Positions 38,478-52,569 of a DNA stretch of 64,000 bases are shown here, in pieces; positions within the stretch are counted from its first letter, which is position 1; every line of letters begins with the position of its first letter. The stretch is from the NCBI RefSeq assembly GCF_001194135.2, contig NC_068994.1:802372-866371 (forward strand). The letters run 5' to 3'. This DNA is from Octopus bimaculoides (taxonomy: Eukaryota). The position numbers and the translations under genes were made by a program. The notes beneath the pieces were generated by a model. The model made no database searches and was not told the origin of the DNA. It was given only the letters and a program-made list of their open reading frames with translations.

Positions 38478-41400
38478 GTGAGTTAGATAAATTGATAGTT
38501 TCTCACCACATAGAAACTAACTTTGATCTTTCTTGTTCCTACTAATGACTTTTGTTTAAATTATATCTCTAAACTTCTGAGATGAGTCATTGTTGCTCAG
38601 ATATAATTTTTACAACACTTCATATTTAGAGTATAGGTACGTTTCCCTTAATATCTACACGGAAAGCCTGTTACAACATCCTTATTGAGTAAAGCCACTG
38701 GTGGCATACTACCCTTCGTTTAGAAATCAAAGTTCATAGCTGGAATCTAAAAGAAGTAACATTTAAAAATGCCAGACCACAAGAGTGTTTAGGAATAGAA
38801 AGAACTTTATTTGCAACAATATAATCATGTGATATTGTTGAATATAAACAATGTAAAAGTACTGGTCAAAATGTGCAAGAATAGTGGAAACGGTCATTAC
38901 AAAATACTGAAACACTCTACATGGTATATATTTACAGCTAAATACACTCAGCGAAGGTAGTGGTCAGTGACATAAGATGACTCTGACCACAAGGTTAGTC
39001 GGTCATAGCAGAAATTTATGGCAGATAAATTGCTCCACCAACACCTTATTTATGCGCACCCCCCCTTCCTAACTATCACCTTAGCTTTCTTCTATTACAC
39101 CTACTTCATATTTGTTACTATTGATTGTAATAGTTTCTGGGGCTCTTGTTTCAGCTTTTCCACCATGTTCACTTGATAGAACATCTGTGTCCCTGATATC
39201 TGTTTCATTGACCTTTCCTTCTCAATTTCAACTACTTCATTGGAACTGTCACTGTTACTCCTGATCAGGGGGATGATGATGATGATGATGTTTAAATACA
39301 GCTTCTTTTAAACTCTCAGAATCAGGGACATAAACTTAATCAATAATCGATGTGATTGTTTTAGCTGTCATATTGAATTTATTACATACAACTATAATAA
39401 CGACACTAAATATTGATTAATAAATATAATAATATAGATATTACATAGAACTATAATAATTAATAGTTACTAAATATTGATTATTTAATTAACCCCCTTC
39501 TGGTGGACTCTTTTTTTATTCCTACAGTTCCACATTGTTTTAAGAGTCTTACATTATTAGTATTTTTGGGGCTATGTTTAAATTTACCAATCTCGATTGC
39601 AGTAGTCTTTGCTGGTGTTGCTCAGGCATGGGCATAGCCATGCTGGTTTCCATCATTAAATGACTATTCCAATAATGACACATCTCAGAGATTTAGAAAT
39701 GCTATTAATTATTGATTTCCTTATATTTTATACATTTTATACAGGTCAACATTATATAACAATTTCAGGTTACCACTTGTATCAAGCCTGGCGGACTAAT
39801 CATGTTTATTCACACACACACACACACACACACATACTGTGACAATGATGTGTCCTATCATTTTCAAACTAAAATTTAAAATTTTAATTTCTTGGGAATT
39901 TGTGTTTTATCAAATTATTTAAAGTTGAAGATAATATATTGATATTGTGTCGTATTTTTTGCAAGAGGCTCGTTGCATCTCTGCTGTCGTATACTGCAGA
40001 ATAATGACCTTGATGTTAAATAAGTCTATCAAATTATCAATGATCGATTAAATTACAATCACAACTGCTTTCTACCACCGCCACCACCTATAACAACAAC
40101 AACAACAACAACAACAACGATGCCGGTGGTGTAAATGACCAATTTCATTCAGCATTCAAAGTTTCAGTGTTCATAAATTTATTTAAATGAAATATTGCAT
40201 TGTTCTGTCTGCTGAGGATTTCTTAATAGTTTAGTTTAATCTGAAGAAAGATAAGTGGGTAGGTGTGGAGGCGGAGCAGTATATGTTGGGTGTTTTTAGG
40301 AGATTTTAAAACTGGGTAGTTGTTTTCAAAGTCAGATGTAGAAAGGAAAATATAAACAAGGATAGATGCTTCTGAAGGGGACAGATTTACTGTGCTGGGA
40401 ATAAGAAACAGTCAAGTTGATTGCAGAGGTATGTGAGCTGAGTCAATAGCTCTATACGAGACAAAGCTTTGCACTTGAAGATAAATTTCTATGTAACAAT
40501 GTAGAAAGCACAACATCAGAAAATATAAGAGAAGGCTCTAATATTGAAACTCACCCACATACTTATCCAGCTTTATCCAGTTTAGGTATTCTTGTCTTTT
40601 ATTGTCCTTTCAACTGTTATAGACATCCTCATGACACTAAGACTGCATACAGTCATTTAGTTCAACTAATCACTATTTGTGTCTTTTGTGCTGATGTTGA
40701 ATACTCTCACCCTAAACCCAGAAAGTAGAACGGAATTACAAGATTCTTTCTTGACTCTCCTTGACTTTATTTCCTGTCAACATTGTTGTAAAAATCTAAT
40801 GATTGAAGTATCTATCATCTGCCATTGCTACATTTTCACTTGTAAATCATTTTCTATATCTTCCATTTCACATCTAGAATATGATAAATGCTTTTACTAT
40901 TTTCTCATATCTTTTTCGCCGGTTTTCTGTTTACTGGGTGGAGAGAAATGTTATCAAAATACTTTGGCATGTGATTGAAACTGTTAAAAAATGGTCGATA
41001 TTTATCAGTTATTTTTTCCGAGTTACTTTTTGAATCTAGTAAACAAAAGAAGACTATTTTGAGATTTATACCGTGAATTTCCAATGTGTTTATAAAGTTT
41101 TAGTTGTCTTGACTGTCTGGCGTGTGTACATACTAATCTAATAAATCCATCATGTGCCTGTAGAAGTCTTTATTTCAGAAATATTCAAGGAGAAATGATC
41201 TAATTTTAAAGTTGGTATGACTACTACTACTACTACTACTACTACTACTGCTACTGTTACTACTACTACTACTACAACAAATTGTTTGTAATACTTTCTA
41301 TATGATTTTTATAGTCTGTATTGTTAACAGTTGATTGTGTTGTAAGGTCGGACAATATGTTGTTGAGAATAAGGAGTAATGAAATAATGTTTATTGGTAT

Positions 41401-42124
41401 GATGGGAGTGACAGATTGAATTCAGTGATTGGGAAAGAATGAGTTAATCAGAGGGAAATATTGCTGGCTGTAAATAGTTAACTGATGGATTAAGCAGAAA
41501 GAAGTTATTCGACTGGTTCACATGTTAAAATATATTATCAATGATAAATTTGGTTCTAAATATGATTTAGTACGTTGTTAGTGATTTCATAGATGTACAG
41601 AGCAACATTTCCTACTAGTTGCCATCTTTTAAGTGACTTTGAAAGCCTGCTTCATCCATAGCTTCCCAGTGAAATGTTTTGGTGTCCCTAACAGTTTTGT
41701 TGGTAACGGAAGTGATGAGGGAGGAGCCAGGCTGGTGGATTGGCAGAACATTTGCAGCATGTGACAAAATACATTCGAATATTTGCTCTTTACATTCCAA
41801 GTTCAAATAGTGATGATCAATCTGATATAATAATTACAAGTTAAGTACTGGTGTTTAATTCAATTGACTGCTGATCTGTGTCCACATGAAATGGGATAGC
41901 AATGTTAGAATAGGGCTGAGGGGTCCTGATAACAAATGAAATGACATGTTACTGTCACATCACTCCTGTGACGCCCTAAATTGTTATCAATGCGCGCGCG
42001 CACACACACGTACGCACGCTATTTACACACTTAACATTTTCTAAGAAAGTAGACCCCTATAAAAATTGGGCAACAAAAGAGAAAGCTCCAAGATAAAGTT
42101 GTTAATATTAATAATCACCTCTAA

Positions 42125-42325
42125 GACGGTGGCAGACTTGTTGGCATGCAGAACGAAATGCTTAGTGGCATTTTGTTTGTCTTTACGTTTTGAATTCAAA
42201 TTCTGCCATGGTCTACGTTTCAGGGTCAATAAAATAAGTACCAGTTGAGCACGGGGGTCGATGCAATGGATTTACCCTTCCCCTGAAAATTGCTGGCCTT
42301 GTGCCAACATTTGACACCAATTCTA
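42125..42325 (+). mobile_element. SINE family 1
   Basis: tggcagacttgttggc...gaattcaaattc...ggccttgtgccaacatttgacacc. Confidence 0.8.
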
Positions 42326-42679
42326 ATAACCATCCATGGGAACCCCTTTCCCTATATTAACAACTGAGAAAATATTAGTGTTGCAATAGGGAAAGAGGGA
42401 ACATGATGATGGCTGATGAAAAAGTGGTTAAAAAGATATATTGGAACCGAAAGGTAATCTATTTTCACCTTGTGAATGTCAGAGAATTGAGAAGAAACAG
42501 AACTGCTGCGGTAGGTTGTGAGGAAATATGAATCTCAAGTAGATGACAGTAATAATTTAGTGGTGTCTTTGGAATAAAGCCAGTTAGACTACATGTCAAG
42601 AGGGGGGGGGGGAATGATTGATTTTATTGTTTTAGGATAACTAAAAGGGAATGCTTCTACTCGTTCAGTTGTTAAGTAT

Positions 42680-42830
42680 CAGGCTTGTCTGGTCAAATAG
42701 ACTACTCTGACCGCTGTGTGTTTTTAAGGAAGAGCATTAGTTAATGTCCTCCTCTTTACGATTATAGGTGTTTAATTAGAGGGCGATTTGGCTATTACTT
42801 CTATTAGATCCAGTGACCACTAACAGGCCG
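42680..42830 (+). mobile_element. SINE family 3 fragment
   Basis: gggcgatttggctattacttctattagatccagtgacc. Confidence 0.45.
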
Positions 42831-44499
42831 GCTCCTTTGTCAATTCAATGATTAAATAGTATTTTGAGAAATATCTGAGCAATGGTACAAGTCGAGTTTA
42901 ATGTTAATGGCATCGCTGCATAACAGCTGCACACTTGCAGTTGAGAATCAGACAGAGATGTTGCAACTGTCATTTTCTATGAGAGTTCTTTGCACTGTCC
43001 TTGCAAGTTGAAGTGATTTCTCAGTATCAGGATCAATATAAACATAATATCGATTTATACACGGAGAATGACATAATCAACAACAGTGAAACAATATGGA
43101 AGGATTAATGCTGTTATTTTGTAAATGTAATTGAATAAGTTAAGAAAGATTTGGGCGTTGTTTAGGGTTTGGGGGAAAGGATATAATGTTGATTGATTAC
43201 TGTGAAATATTTGTTTTAACGGCTTCATTAGAAGAATGGCAGCACTGTCGTCCTCCAGTTGGTTTCAGGCCTTCTGACGTTGGTGAGAGGAAGTTCTCTT
43301 CCGATCAGAGACCTAACCGCAATATTTACAATGTAGTCGACACCTCTATAGACCAGATGGTGGTGTTTATGTGCAGTGCATTAAATAACTGGCCAGCTGT
43401 TACCGCTGTTGCCCTGCAGGGTGATTCTCCTTTGCTGTTGGGAGGGTTGATTGTTAATATTTCCATTAGAGATAATCTTACACTGGCTAATTAGGTGAGG
43501 CTCAATTGATATTGATTCAGGTGGGTGATTGCAGTGCAGCTTTCCCATTTTGCAAAGGATAGCTTGTGAGTACGGCACATCCTTTCAGACTAAAATGTCG
43601 GGAAATATATCAAACAAGATAGGAAGAGAAAGAAACTGAGAGGATGTTAAGATTAAAGACATTAGCATGGATTGTAAAAAGAATGGTGTGTGTGTGTGTG
43701 ATATACTGTTTAGAGAAGTAGAAACTATTGCAATATGGTAGCAGAAGCTCTAGAAGCAACTTCAGCCATTATTTTCAAAGCTTCGCGTTTTGACCGGCTT
43801 ATCAAGTTGCTGGTGGTTGTAAGTGAATATACGTAACAGATGTGTGAACACTCAGTCTAGGTTGTACATTCTTGCTTTGTATAGGGTTTGTACTATTGAG
43901 GGCTAAAGCACAATGATCTCTGAAAAGGAAAACGAAAGTCTGTTAGAAGCAGGTATATTATTTATCCTGAATATGACGGGGCTGATAGCGTATGATGGGC
44001 AGAGAGTAGAGAAATTGCAAGCTTCATTTATGAAATAATGTATACCGACATAAAGGTGCTACCACCAAGATGTGTTATTTTAACTGTGCTGTATATTTTT
44101 GTAGACGATATTGGAGGAGTGATTATGCATTCGTTATTTGTATCGAACTCATTAAATGAGACGGGTAGTGGTTCACATTTATGTGGTGCCCTTCTCGGTC
44201 CGTCAGCTTTAACTAGACTCTTAGTAACAAGCACTATCTTCCCATCTTTATTAGGCAATGATAGCTATAACTATTATTGATTTTTACCCTACTAACTCTA
44301 GCAGGGCTAATTGGTGGGGGTTGGGGTGGGTGATGTCTTTGTTTTTTTTTCACCTAACCCTAACCCTAACCCAGCCCCTTTACTAGTTCACCATTCTGGT
44401 CTCCACCTCCCCTATATTATATAATAACAAACTAATCTTGAATACAACACGATTACATAACCGTAACAAGCTTTAACGTTACTATTCTTAAAATCTACA

Positions 44500-45500
44500 T
44501 TGAAGAAAATCAGTCGAGCATAAAAGCAGCGAGAAGGAACTATTTGAAAATATGTGTCGCAGGGGGGGGGGAGACCATTTCTTCCAGGTTTAGAAATTGC
44601 GGCTAGAAAAAGAACAAAGATATTTGCTATTCGTTTTCATTGATGTTCACCTTTCATACAGACATATTCTTCCTTTCTTCTCTTCTTTTTCTTTCTCGAC
44701 ATGTTTCAATCTTTCTTTTATAATCTCCATCACTCTTTCCGTAAATATTCTGCTCGGTTTCTATTTTTCTCTATCCTATATGGAAGGGTATTGGTGCTAT
44801 TGGCTGTGACTGTCGTTGTTTACAACGTCTGCCGACAAACAAATCATTAAGTATGTGCAGAATAAAATAACGACTGAATGAGAAAACGATTTTCCTGTTT
44901 AGTTAAAAATTTCCCATAATATAATCTGTAGTCCTGTTTAGATGGTGTTGTGACTGTTGTGGTCCACCATAGCTACAATAACACACACACACACACCACT
45001 GTTTTATAATAAGAAGGATGATGATGGTGGTAGTGGTGGCGGCGGCGGCGGCGGTGCATGGAAATCTGCTTGCTTAGTGTGTTAAGTTGTAGCTGTCTGT
45101 GTGTTTGCTGCGCTCTCAAGCAAATGTTATATATGCATGAGGCCGTGGCTAGGCAAAACATCCACCAACCGCCATGCCCAGAAACATGCGCTTGCAGTTG
45201 CAGGTTGTGTTGGGGCTTGCTCCATGTCTAACGTCAGCCCGTCATCTTCAGGATAAATTTACCTGCTTCCAACAGCCTCAGGTAGGTCTTAGTAACAGAT
45301 ATTTCGCCAAGATTAACCTCCAGAACACCGATTATCGTTTGTGTGTGTGTGCGTTATCTGAAGCTTGTCTGATCTGTAAATTGATTTCGAAAGAGAGAAA
45401 ATATGAAAGACTGACAGACGAAGAGATAAAGATTTTTGTACGAGTTGCTGCTATGATGCACACACAACCAGATTAGTGTGTGTGTGTGCGCGATGATTGT
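44500..45500. promoter_or_regulatory. CpG-rich promoter-like region at the edge of the CpG-depleted domain
   Basis: CpG rises sharply here; (GGC)n run at 45038-45053; splice sites on both strands. Confidence 0.4.
45174..45281 (+). CDS. Candidate first coding exon (MPRNMRLQLQVVLGLAPCLTSARHLQDKFTCFQQPQ)
   Basis: accgccATG context and phase-0 donor cag|gtaggt at 45281/45282; weak signal-peptide-like core. Confidence 0.2.
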
Positions 45501-45954
45501 ATCTGTTAAATGTGAATGTTTTCAAATAGTTCCGATAGAAGAAAACGAGAGTTGTTAATTGGGAAACTGGTTTACATCTGTTTGTGTAAGACAGACACTG
45601 GCTAAATATGGGAGGTGGTGGTGGTGGTGGTGGTTTTCCCTTATTTGAAACAAGGTTGTTGTAGGTTATCTCTTGCACCACCCCCACCTTCTGTTGACAT
45701 ATGTCAGAAACAAGAGACACTTTGCAGCACTTCACTGTTACAACTCGAAACTATCTTTTTACATTTTACCGATAGAATTCAAATATCCATCTGATGTCAA
45801 AAACCTTCCCCACCACACACACACACAACTCCTCTTGGAGATAACAGCTATTTATATACGCCAAGCGCACTTCGTTTTTACTGTTGCTGTTTCATTAATC
45901 GCTGGTCACAGTCATAAATCATAACCATCATCACCTCCAGCATTGTTGTTGTTG

Positions 45955-46006
<52 letters not shown>

Positions 46007-46343
46007 CATCATCATCAGGGAATCGGTTGAGCACCGACAAGATTTGTTTTGTGTATATAGTTTTGTTCTCTTCAAATCCTCAGTTAAATCCCGCTGAGGT
46101 CGTATTTGTGTCAGTAACTCTGGGATTGATGAGGTACCAATGAAAATACTGGGGTCGTTAGGGTCGAAACACTCCTGTTTCTTAAATTCAGGACTCGAAT
46201 CATTTCCATCATCATTGGAAAAGAAACATTGTGAAAACTGGGTTTCATGCCTGTCTACGAGCCACATACTCGGCTGTTTACTAGACGGGCCACCATTTCC
46301 GAGTGGAAGAACAGTGTGGCACCATCCCTGTTTAATCGCTTCC

Positions 46344-46404
<61 letters not shown>
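46344..46404 (+). repeat. (TAA)n microsatellite
   Basis: Direct reading. Confidence 0.95.
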
Positions 46405-48023
46405 CACCACCTCACTAATTGTTCTGTCAACACTTCACTAGTTTATTAGTTTTAACTGGACTTGGTGTGTGTGTTGTACACGAACACATTCTCTCATCTG
46501 TTTATCTATCTATCTGTCTGTCTGTCTGTCTGTCTAATATACACATGCGTTATGCATACAATATATANNNNNNNNNNNNNNNNNNNNNNNNNNNNNNNNN
46601 NNNNNNNNNNNNNNNNNNNNNNNNNNNNNATATATATATATATATATATATATACACCCACACCTACACCCCAACAATGTATTTGTTTGTATCAATAAAG
46701 TCTCATCAATGTTTACTTGGACAGTTAACCTGATTTATTACTGACCTGATGTAGCTTATTTGTCTATACACCTCCTTTCGCTCGTGTGGTAGATAGAAAT
46801 CACACACAGCTTTATAGTAGGATATCTAATAGTTAGCAAAGTGCATATTATGCATGCATATCTGCCGTTCGCCGGCGCGCACACACACACATACACACAC
46901 ACACGTACGTAAGTAAGTTTTGAAAAAATATTTATTTTGAACTCAACTGAATAACGAAGTCATTATGAGCAGTAAACGCGTACCCCTGTTTAGTGTTTAT
47001 AAAGGCCTATATATATCTATATGCGTGTCTATATTCAAATGTGTGCAAGGCCAGTCTTTTGAAATGCTGAGAGCGTATTGTTCATGAAATCACTACTCCG
47101 TAGTTTGTGTTGGTCGTTGCTAACTCGACATTTTAGCAACTGTTTGCAATGCTTTTCAGTCTCGCACAATCGTTTTTATTGCGTAAGTGAGTTGAAAGTA
47201 TTTTGGGTGATGGGTCAAAAGATTGGGATTGAGGGGATATTTTAATAAGGGTCTAGCCACATTTCCCCAGGAAATATTTTAATAAGGGCCTCTCTACATT
47301 CACTTCTCTTTCACAGTTAATACGACAATACAGGAGAGAAATTGTCTTATAGCGAAACCCTGGCGATTTCTGCCACACAACATGCAGACGTTGTGTGTTA
47401 TGCATTATATAAAAATTCTAATGTATGATGTTTTATACGTTATATATAATGTATAAATTATACATGTAACGCATCTACTATCCATTTATATAGGTATTTA
47501 TTTATACAATATGTATACAATACTTATGTATGTATGTATGTATGTATGTCTATCTATCTTATAATGAGTATGTATATATTGTTTGTATATATATTATGTA
47601 TTATATGTATGTATATTTATATTATGTAAATTGTATGTATACATATATATTATATGGTTGTATATTATTTAGTATATAATTAGATTATTTAAATATATAT
47701 GTAATACACACGCGTGCACACACACACACACACTGCTAGATAGATCCGTAACATACCTAATGTGTGTGTAAACACGCACGTACACACACGTTTGTCCTTC
47801 GCTTCCTTCTTTAGAACGGTTTTTGTGTTTGGTTGATTTATTATTTATGTATTAAAGAAATCTTCGTCATTAACACCATCTCCACTACCATTATCATCAC
47901 AGTCGCCGTCATTACTATTAATTTCATGATCGTACAACGGATCCCTGAAAAACCTCCAGTATTATTATTAGCAATCGTAATTACAAACAAAACAATCGCT
48001 GATACACACACACACACACCATA

Positions 48024-48065
<42 letters not shown>

Positions 48066-48365
48066 CTGTTTTGGAGAGGGACTTCAAATAAGAATAATAA
48101 TAATAATGCCATTATCATTATTACTATTGTTTTTAATAGGCCTTGTTACCCCATCTAATCTCGTGTCCCCATTACTAGGACACAACGGACGATGTCGTTA
48201 GCCGCTGCTTAATGTATCTCTTGTCTCAGGTAGAATGGGGGATATATGCGTGTGTGTATAAATATATATATTATATACCGTGTGCGTGTGTGTATATATG
48301 TGTATAGATGCATATAATAATATGTATATTGTGTGTGTACGTGTATATGTGTGTGTGTGTATGTA

Positions 48366-48397
<32 letters not shown>

Positions 48398-49010
48398 CAC
48401 ACACACATATTTATACATACATATACCCCCCCCCCACACACACACGGCAATCTTATTACCTCCAATATATATAATGAAACCACGGGACTTCAAAAGCGCG
48501 CGTGTGCATGTATGTGTACACACACACACGTTTAGTCAAATCTCTTGTTACTTTTGAGTTTCACGTGTGGAAGCCGAGGGTGATCAGGCAAGTTATGATA
48601 AGCCACAGCTTCTCTGACGAGCCTCTACCTCCACCGGTGAAACTGAAGAGACCGACTTCACCAAAACGAAATATATTATTAGTCCCTATTATACTACAAA
48701 TACACACAGAGTAGCACATCCACAATATGTATGTCCTCTCGATTATGAAGCAGCTGTAAACGAACGCCACCTTCATAAAGCGATGTCATTTATAGACAAT
48801 CTTCCATGAAATCCTATCCACCAATTGTGCTGCTTCTGTGTCCGAAAACTTGTTTACTTGGAAAGAAGGTAAGGGCTGATGACAAGAAGGGAGCATTCGG
48901 CTATAGAAACCCTGGCTCCATGAATTTTGTCTGACTCACACATTCTTTGAAGTGTGAACATTAAAATAACGAGCAAGATGACAAAAGAGGATGGTTTTTT
49001 ATGTATATAG

Positions 49011-49346
49011 TCGCAGGCGTATGTAGTAAGTAGTTTGCTTCCAAAAGCACATAGATGCGGGTTCAGTCCCACAGCGTGGCACCCTGGACAGGTGTTTTCT
49101 ACTCAGGGCTGACCAAAGCTTTATGAGTGGATTTGGTAGACAGAAACGGAAAGAAACTTGTCGTGTATACGTGTGTCTCTGTGTCTGTCCCCCACTACCG
49201 CTTGGCAACCGGTGTTGGTGTGTTTGTGTCCCCGTAACTTTGCGCTTTAGCAAAAGAGATCGATAGAATAAGCTCCAGTAAAACAAATAAGTACTGGGTT
49301 TCATTCGTTCTACTTAAATTCTGCAAGGCAGTGCTCCTGCTTGGCC
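49011..49346 (+). mobile_element. SINE family 2
   Basis: cgcaggcgtatgtagtaagtag...ggttcagtccc...tail aatgactaaaacaa. Confidence 0.8.
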
Positions 49347-49714
49347 GTAATCTAATGACTAAAACAANNNNNNNNNNNNNNNNNNNNNNNNNNNNNNNNN
49401 NNNNNNNNNNNNNNNNNNNNNNNNNNNNNNNNNNNNNNNNNNNNNNNNNNNNNNNNNTATATATATATATATATATATATATCCTTCCCTTAGCGTCTTA
49501 TTAAAACCTTGCATGTACTACGTCCTCGCGTCGTTTTTATGTTTTTTCTCGTTTTTTTTTGTTTTGGGTGGGGGGTTTAATTATATATTTATATATATAT
49601 ATATATATATAGTTTACTGTTCCGTTATAGCATAAAAAAGTATCCCATCCCGTTAGAGATAAATGTTAGTTAATATGATATCAATTAATATACACACGAT
49701 TTAAATTCTATATC

Positions 49715-49850
49715 GATTTCAAATTTTGGCGCAAGGCCACCATTTTTCGGAGACGGGGCAAGTTGATTATGCCTACTCCAGTGCTCAGCTGGTACTTATT
49801 GTATCGGCCTCGAAAGGATGGAAGGCAAAGTCGACCTCGGCGGAAATTCC
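49715..49850 (-). mobile_element. SINE family 1, 3' half
   Basis: tttcaaattttggcgcaaggcc...aaggcaaagtcgacctcggcggaa. Confidence 0.75.
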
Positions 49851-50034
49851 GTGTATAGTAAATAATAGATTCTCTATGTGTTCCTGTGTGCACGAACATA
49901 CATACTTGCCCGCACACATATCAACGTGCATTGTAGTAAGTAGCTGTTTAGAAACCCCAGTTTAAACAGTACTTGCAAGCACCGTTGGTTTCGAATTTGT
50001 GAGAGTGCACATGAAATGTCTGGTTTCATGTGTG

Positions 50035-50320
50035 TAGGATGGTGTAGTGGTTTGGATCTCGATCATAAGTTTATGTGTTCGTTTCTTGGACCAGGTGGCT
50101 CACTGTGTCCTTGAGCAAGACACTTGTTTTCACGTTATTCCTGTCTGCTTAGCTGAAGATGAGTTCCAGTCGAGTGTCGTCGGTACAGTCTTCTTTTTTC
50201 TACCTGGGTTAAGGATGGGGGTGGTGGTGGTGGAGTGTATTGTTGCTTGTGATACATGGACACATAATTGGTGACAGTACGACACACGTTGCCAGGTCAT
50301 ACTCTCCTGTGACGCAAAGC
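50035..50320 (+). mobile_element. CORE-like SINE (gtgtccttgagcaagacact)
   Basis: tRNA-like head and CORE-like block. The 3' ctcctgtgacgc is shared with 41960-41975. Confidence 0.5.
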
Positions 50321-50889
50321 TACTCGGCGTACGTTCATGTGTGCGTATGACACTCAGACGCATGTTGATGTTTATCTTAAAATTCGGCTCCTCTGATGGA
50401 GATTGGAGACTCGTGGTTTAGTTGTAAAGGATTTCACGTCGCACTCGATTCCGTATCACGTATCGATAGATGGAGAGACTTGACAGAAAGCGGAGTCAAC
50501 CATGACTGGGTCACTGCTAGTCGTTTGTCTTCGCCAGCATTGCGCCTTGGAGCGTAATGGAGGTACCGGAGACGGTGTTCAGTTGCACAGTCTGCAGGGA
50601 ATCCATTTGTGTGTGTGTCTACATGTCTCTGCCTCTCTCTCTCCCCCTCCCTCCTTCCCTCTTTCTATATGTATACACACATATATAAACACAAATATAA
50701 TATAATTTTATCTGGGTAATAAGCTTATGGCGTGCTTTTCCAAAGCTCCTTAGTGATTTACAAGATAGCCTGTTCTTCATCTCGTATTAATATTCTTTTG
50801 TGTTGTGTGTGTGCGCGCGCGCAACATGTCATGCAGTAGTAAATGATGCATCCCCACCTATATATTTATCATTATATACTATTTAAGGC

Positions 50890-51075
50890 TTAGGGAGCAA
50901 GCTGGCAGAATCGTTTGCGCGCCGGACAAAATGCTTAGCAGTATTTCATGTGTCTTTACCGTTCTTACTTTCGGGGTTACTAAAATAAGTACCAGTCATG
51001 TACTGCGGTGGATGTAATGACTTGTCTCCTCCCCCACAAAATTTTAGGCTTTGTGCCTATAGTAGAAAGGATTAT
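50890..51075 (+). mobile_element. SINE family 1
   Basis: agctggcagaatcgtttgcgcgccggac...ttgtgcctatagtagaaaggatta. Confidence 0.85.
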
Positions 51076-51224
51076 ATTTTGTGCTCTCGCGCGCAGTATT
51101 TTGTGGAGTCATTCTAACCATTTAATTACTCCTAAAAAAATTAGCTGTCCTTTTATTTGTTCCTGGATATAATTACTGCCCATGGGGTGTATGTGCCTAT
51201 ATGTAGCAGACTAGATTTGATGGT

Positions 51225-51400
51225 AATAATTCTGCTATGGGCACGAAGCCTAAAATTTTGGGGCAGAGTGGTTTAGTTGATTACATCGATCCCAGTGCTT
51301 GACTGGGACTCATTTTAAGGCAAAGGTCAGCCTCAGCGGAATTTGAACATAAAGCCAGAAGAAATGCCGCTATGCCTTGTGTCCAGTATGCTAACAACAC
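51225..51400 (-). mobile_element. SINE family 1
   Basis: Reverse-complement copy. Confidence 0.75.
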
Positions 51401-51614
51401 TGGGCAAAATAACAACAACAACAATAACAACAGCATCAAGAATGAACACCCCATTTGTCGGTGTTCGTTTAGCGAAAAGTGTTAAATCGAAACCTTCAAC
51501 GGTCGGCGTAAAAATCTTCGTTTTAACTCCTTGTATTTCTCTGTAATCAGGTTTTATGAAACAGAGGTCAATCGGAAAAGTTGTCGCAGCAGTGGTTTGG
51601 GATGGAATAATAAC

Positions 51615-51740
51615 TCTTTTCTACTATAGGCAAAAGGTCTGAAATTTGGGGGGGGGGAGGGGACTAGTCGATTACATCGACCTCAGTACACAACTGGTAC
51701 TTGATTTATCGACCCCGAAAGGAGGAAAGGTAAAGTCGAT
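51615..51740 (-). mobile_element. SINE family 1 3' part, truncated at the Dong/R4 junction
   Basis: ctactataggcaaaaggtctgaaattt...aaaggtaaagtcgat. Confidence 0.8.
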
Positions 51741-52278
51741 ATGAGGTTATGGGTGCTTGGTACCAACATACACCAGAAAAGGTAATGGATGAAAAGGGGA
51801 AAGCAAAAATCCTCTGGGACTTTGATTTCCAGACAGACAAAGTGTTAGAGCACCGAAGGTCGGATATAGTAACCTTTAGGAGGGACAAACAAGAATGCCT
51901 AATAATCGATGTAGCAATGCCAGGAGATCAACATATCATGAAAGAAAGAGAAAAGGCTGGTAAATATGGAGACCTGAGAATTGAGATTACTAAGATGTGG
52001 CAGCTATGAGAGTCAAATATAAAAGTTGTCCCTATTGTAATCGGAGCATTGGGTTCAATACCACCCAAGCTGAAAAAAACCCCACCTGAAAACCTTAGAA
52101 GTACCCAACAATCTGGACGTATTGCAAAAGTCGGCATTACTTGGAACTGCCTGCATATTGCATAAAGAACTGTCTGTTTGGGGTCTTTGTTGTGACTTGA
52201 CAAACGGTACAAACCCCCAATAGACATAATATCTTCAATCAACAACCTCATGATATTGTATACTGTGTGGCATCTGTA
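51741..52278 (+). mobile_element. R4/Dong-clade non-LTR retrotransposon 3' fragment (REL endonuclease)
   Basis: ILWDFDFQTDKVLEHRRSDIV...CLIIDVAMPGD...EKAGKYGDLRIEITKMW*ESNIKVVPIVIGALGSIP, followed by (AAC)n(AAT)n. Confidence 0.85.
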
Positions 52279-52304
52279 ACAACAACAACAACAAGAACAA
52301 TAAT

Positions 52305-52530
52305 AATAATCCTTTATACTGGAGACATAAGGCCTGAAATTTGTGGGAAGGGGTCTAGCCGACGACATCGATCCCCCACAGTTTCACTGTTACTTAATTT
52401 ATCAACCCCGAAAGGATGAAAAGCAAAGTCGACCTCGGCGGAATCTGAACTCAGAATGTGGCAGCAGACGAAATACCACTAAGCATTTCGCCCGGTGTGC
52501 TAACGATTTTGCCAGCTCGCCGTCTTAATA
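52305..52530 (-). mobile_element. SINE family 1, full length, CpG-intact
   Basis: Reverse-complement copy with CpGs retained. Confidence 0.9.
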
Positions 52531-52569
52531 ATAATAATTAAAAAAAAAAAATAAAAAAAAAAAATTAAT

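Noticed and set aside
43186-44280. ORFs 43186-43494 (+) and 44028-44258 (-), and a strong minus-strand acceptor at 43920
   Set aside because: No consistent acceptor/donor pair or phase, and no recognised protein.
44353-44372. (CCTAAC)3 telomere-type repeat (also near 3880 and 58005)
   Set aside because: Only 2-3 units; insufficient to call an interstitial telomere.
48560-48870. Coding-like frame with an E-box and a GTAAGG donor
   Set aside because: Interrupted by stops and no recognisable homology.
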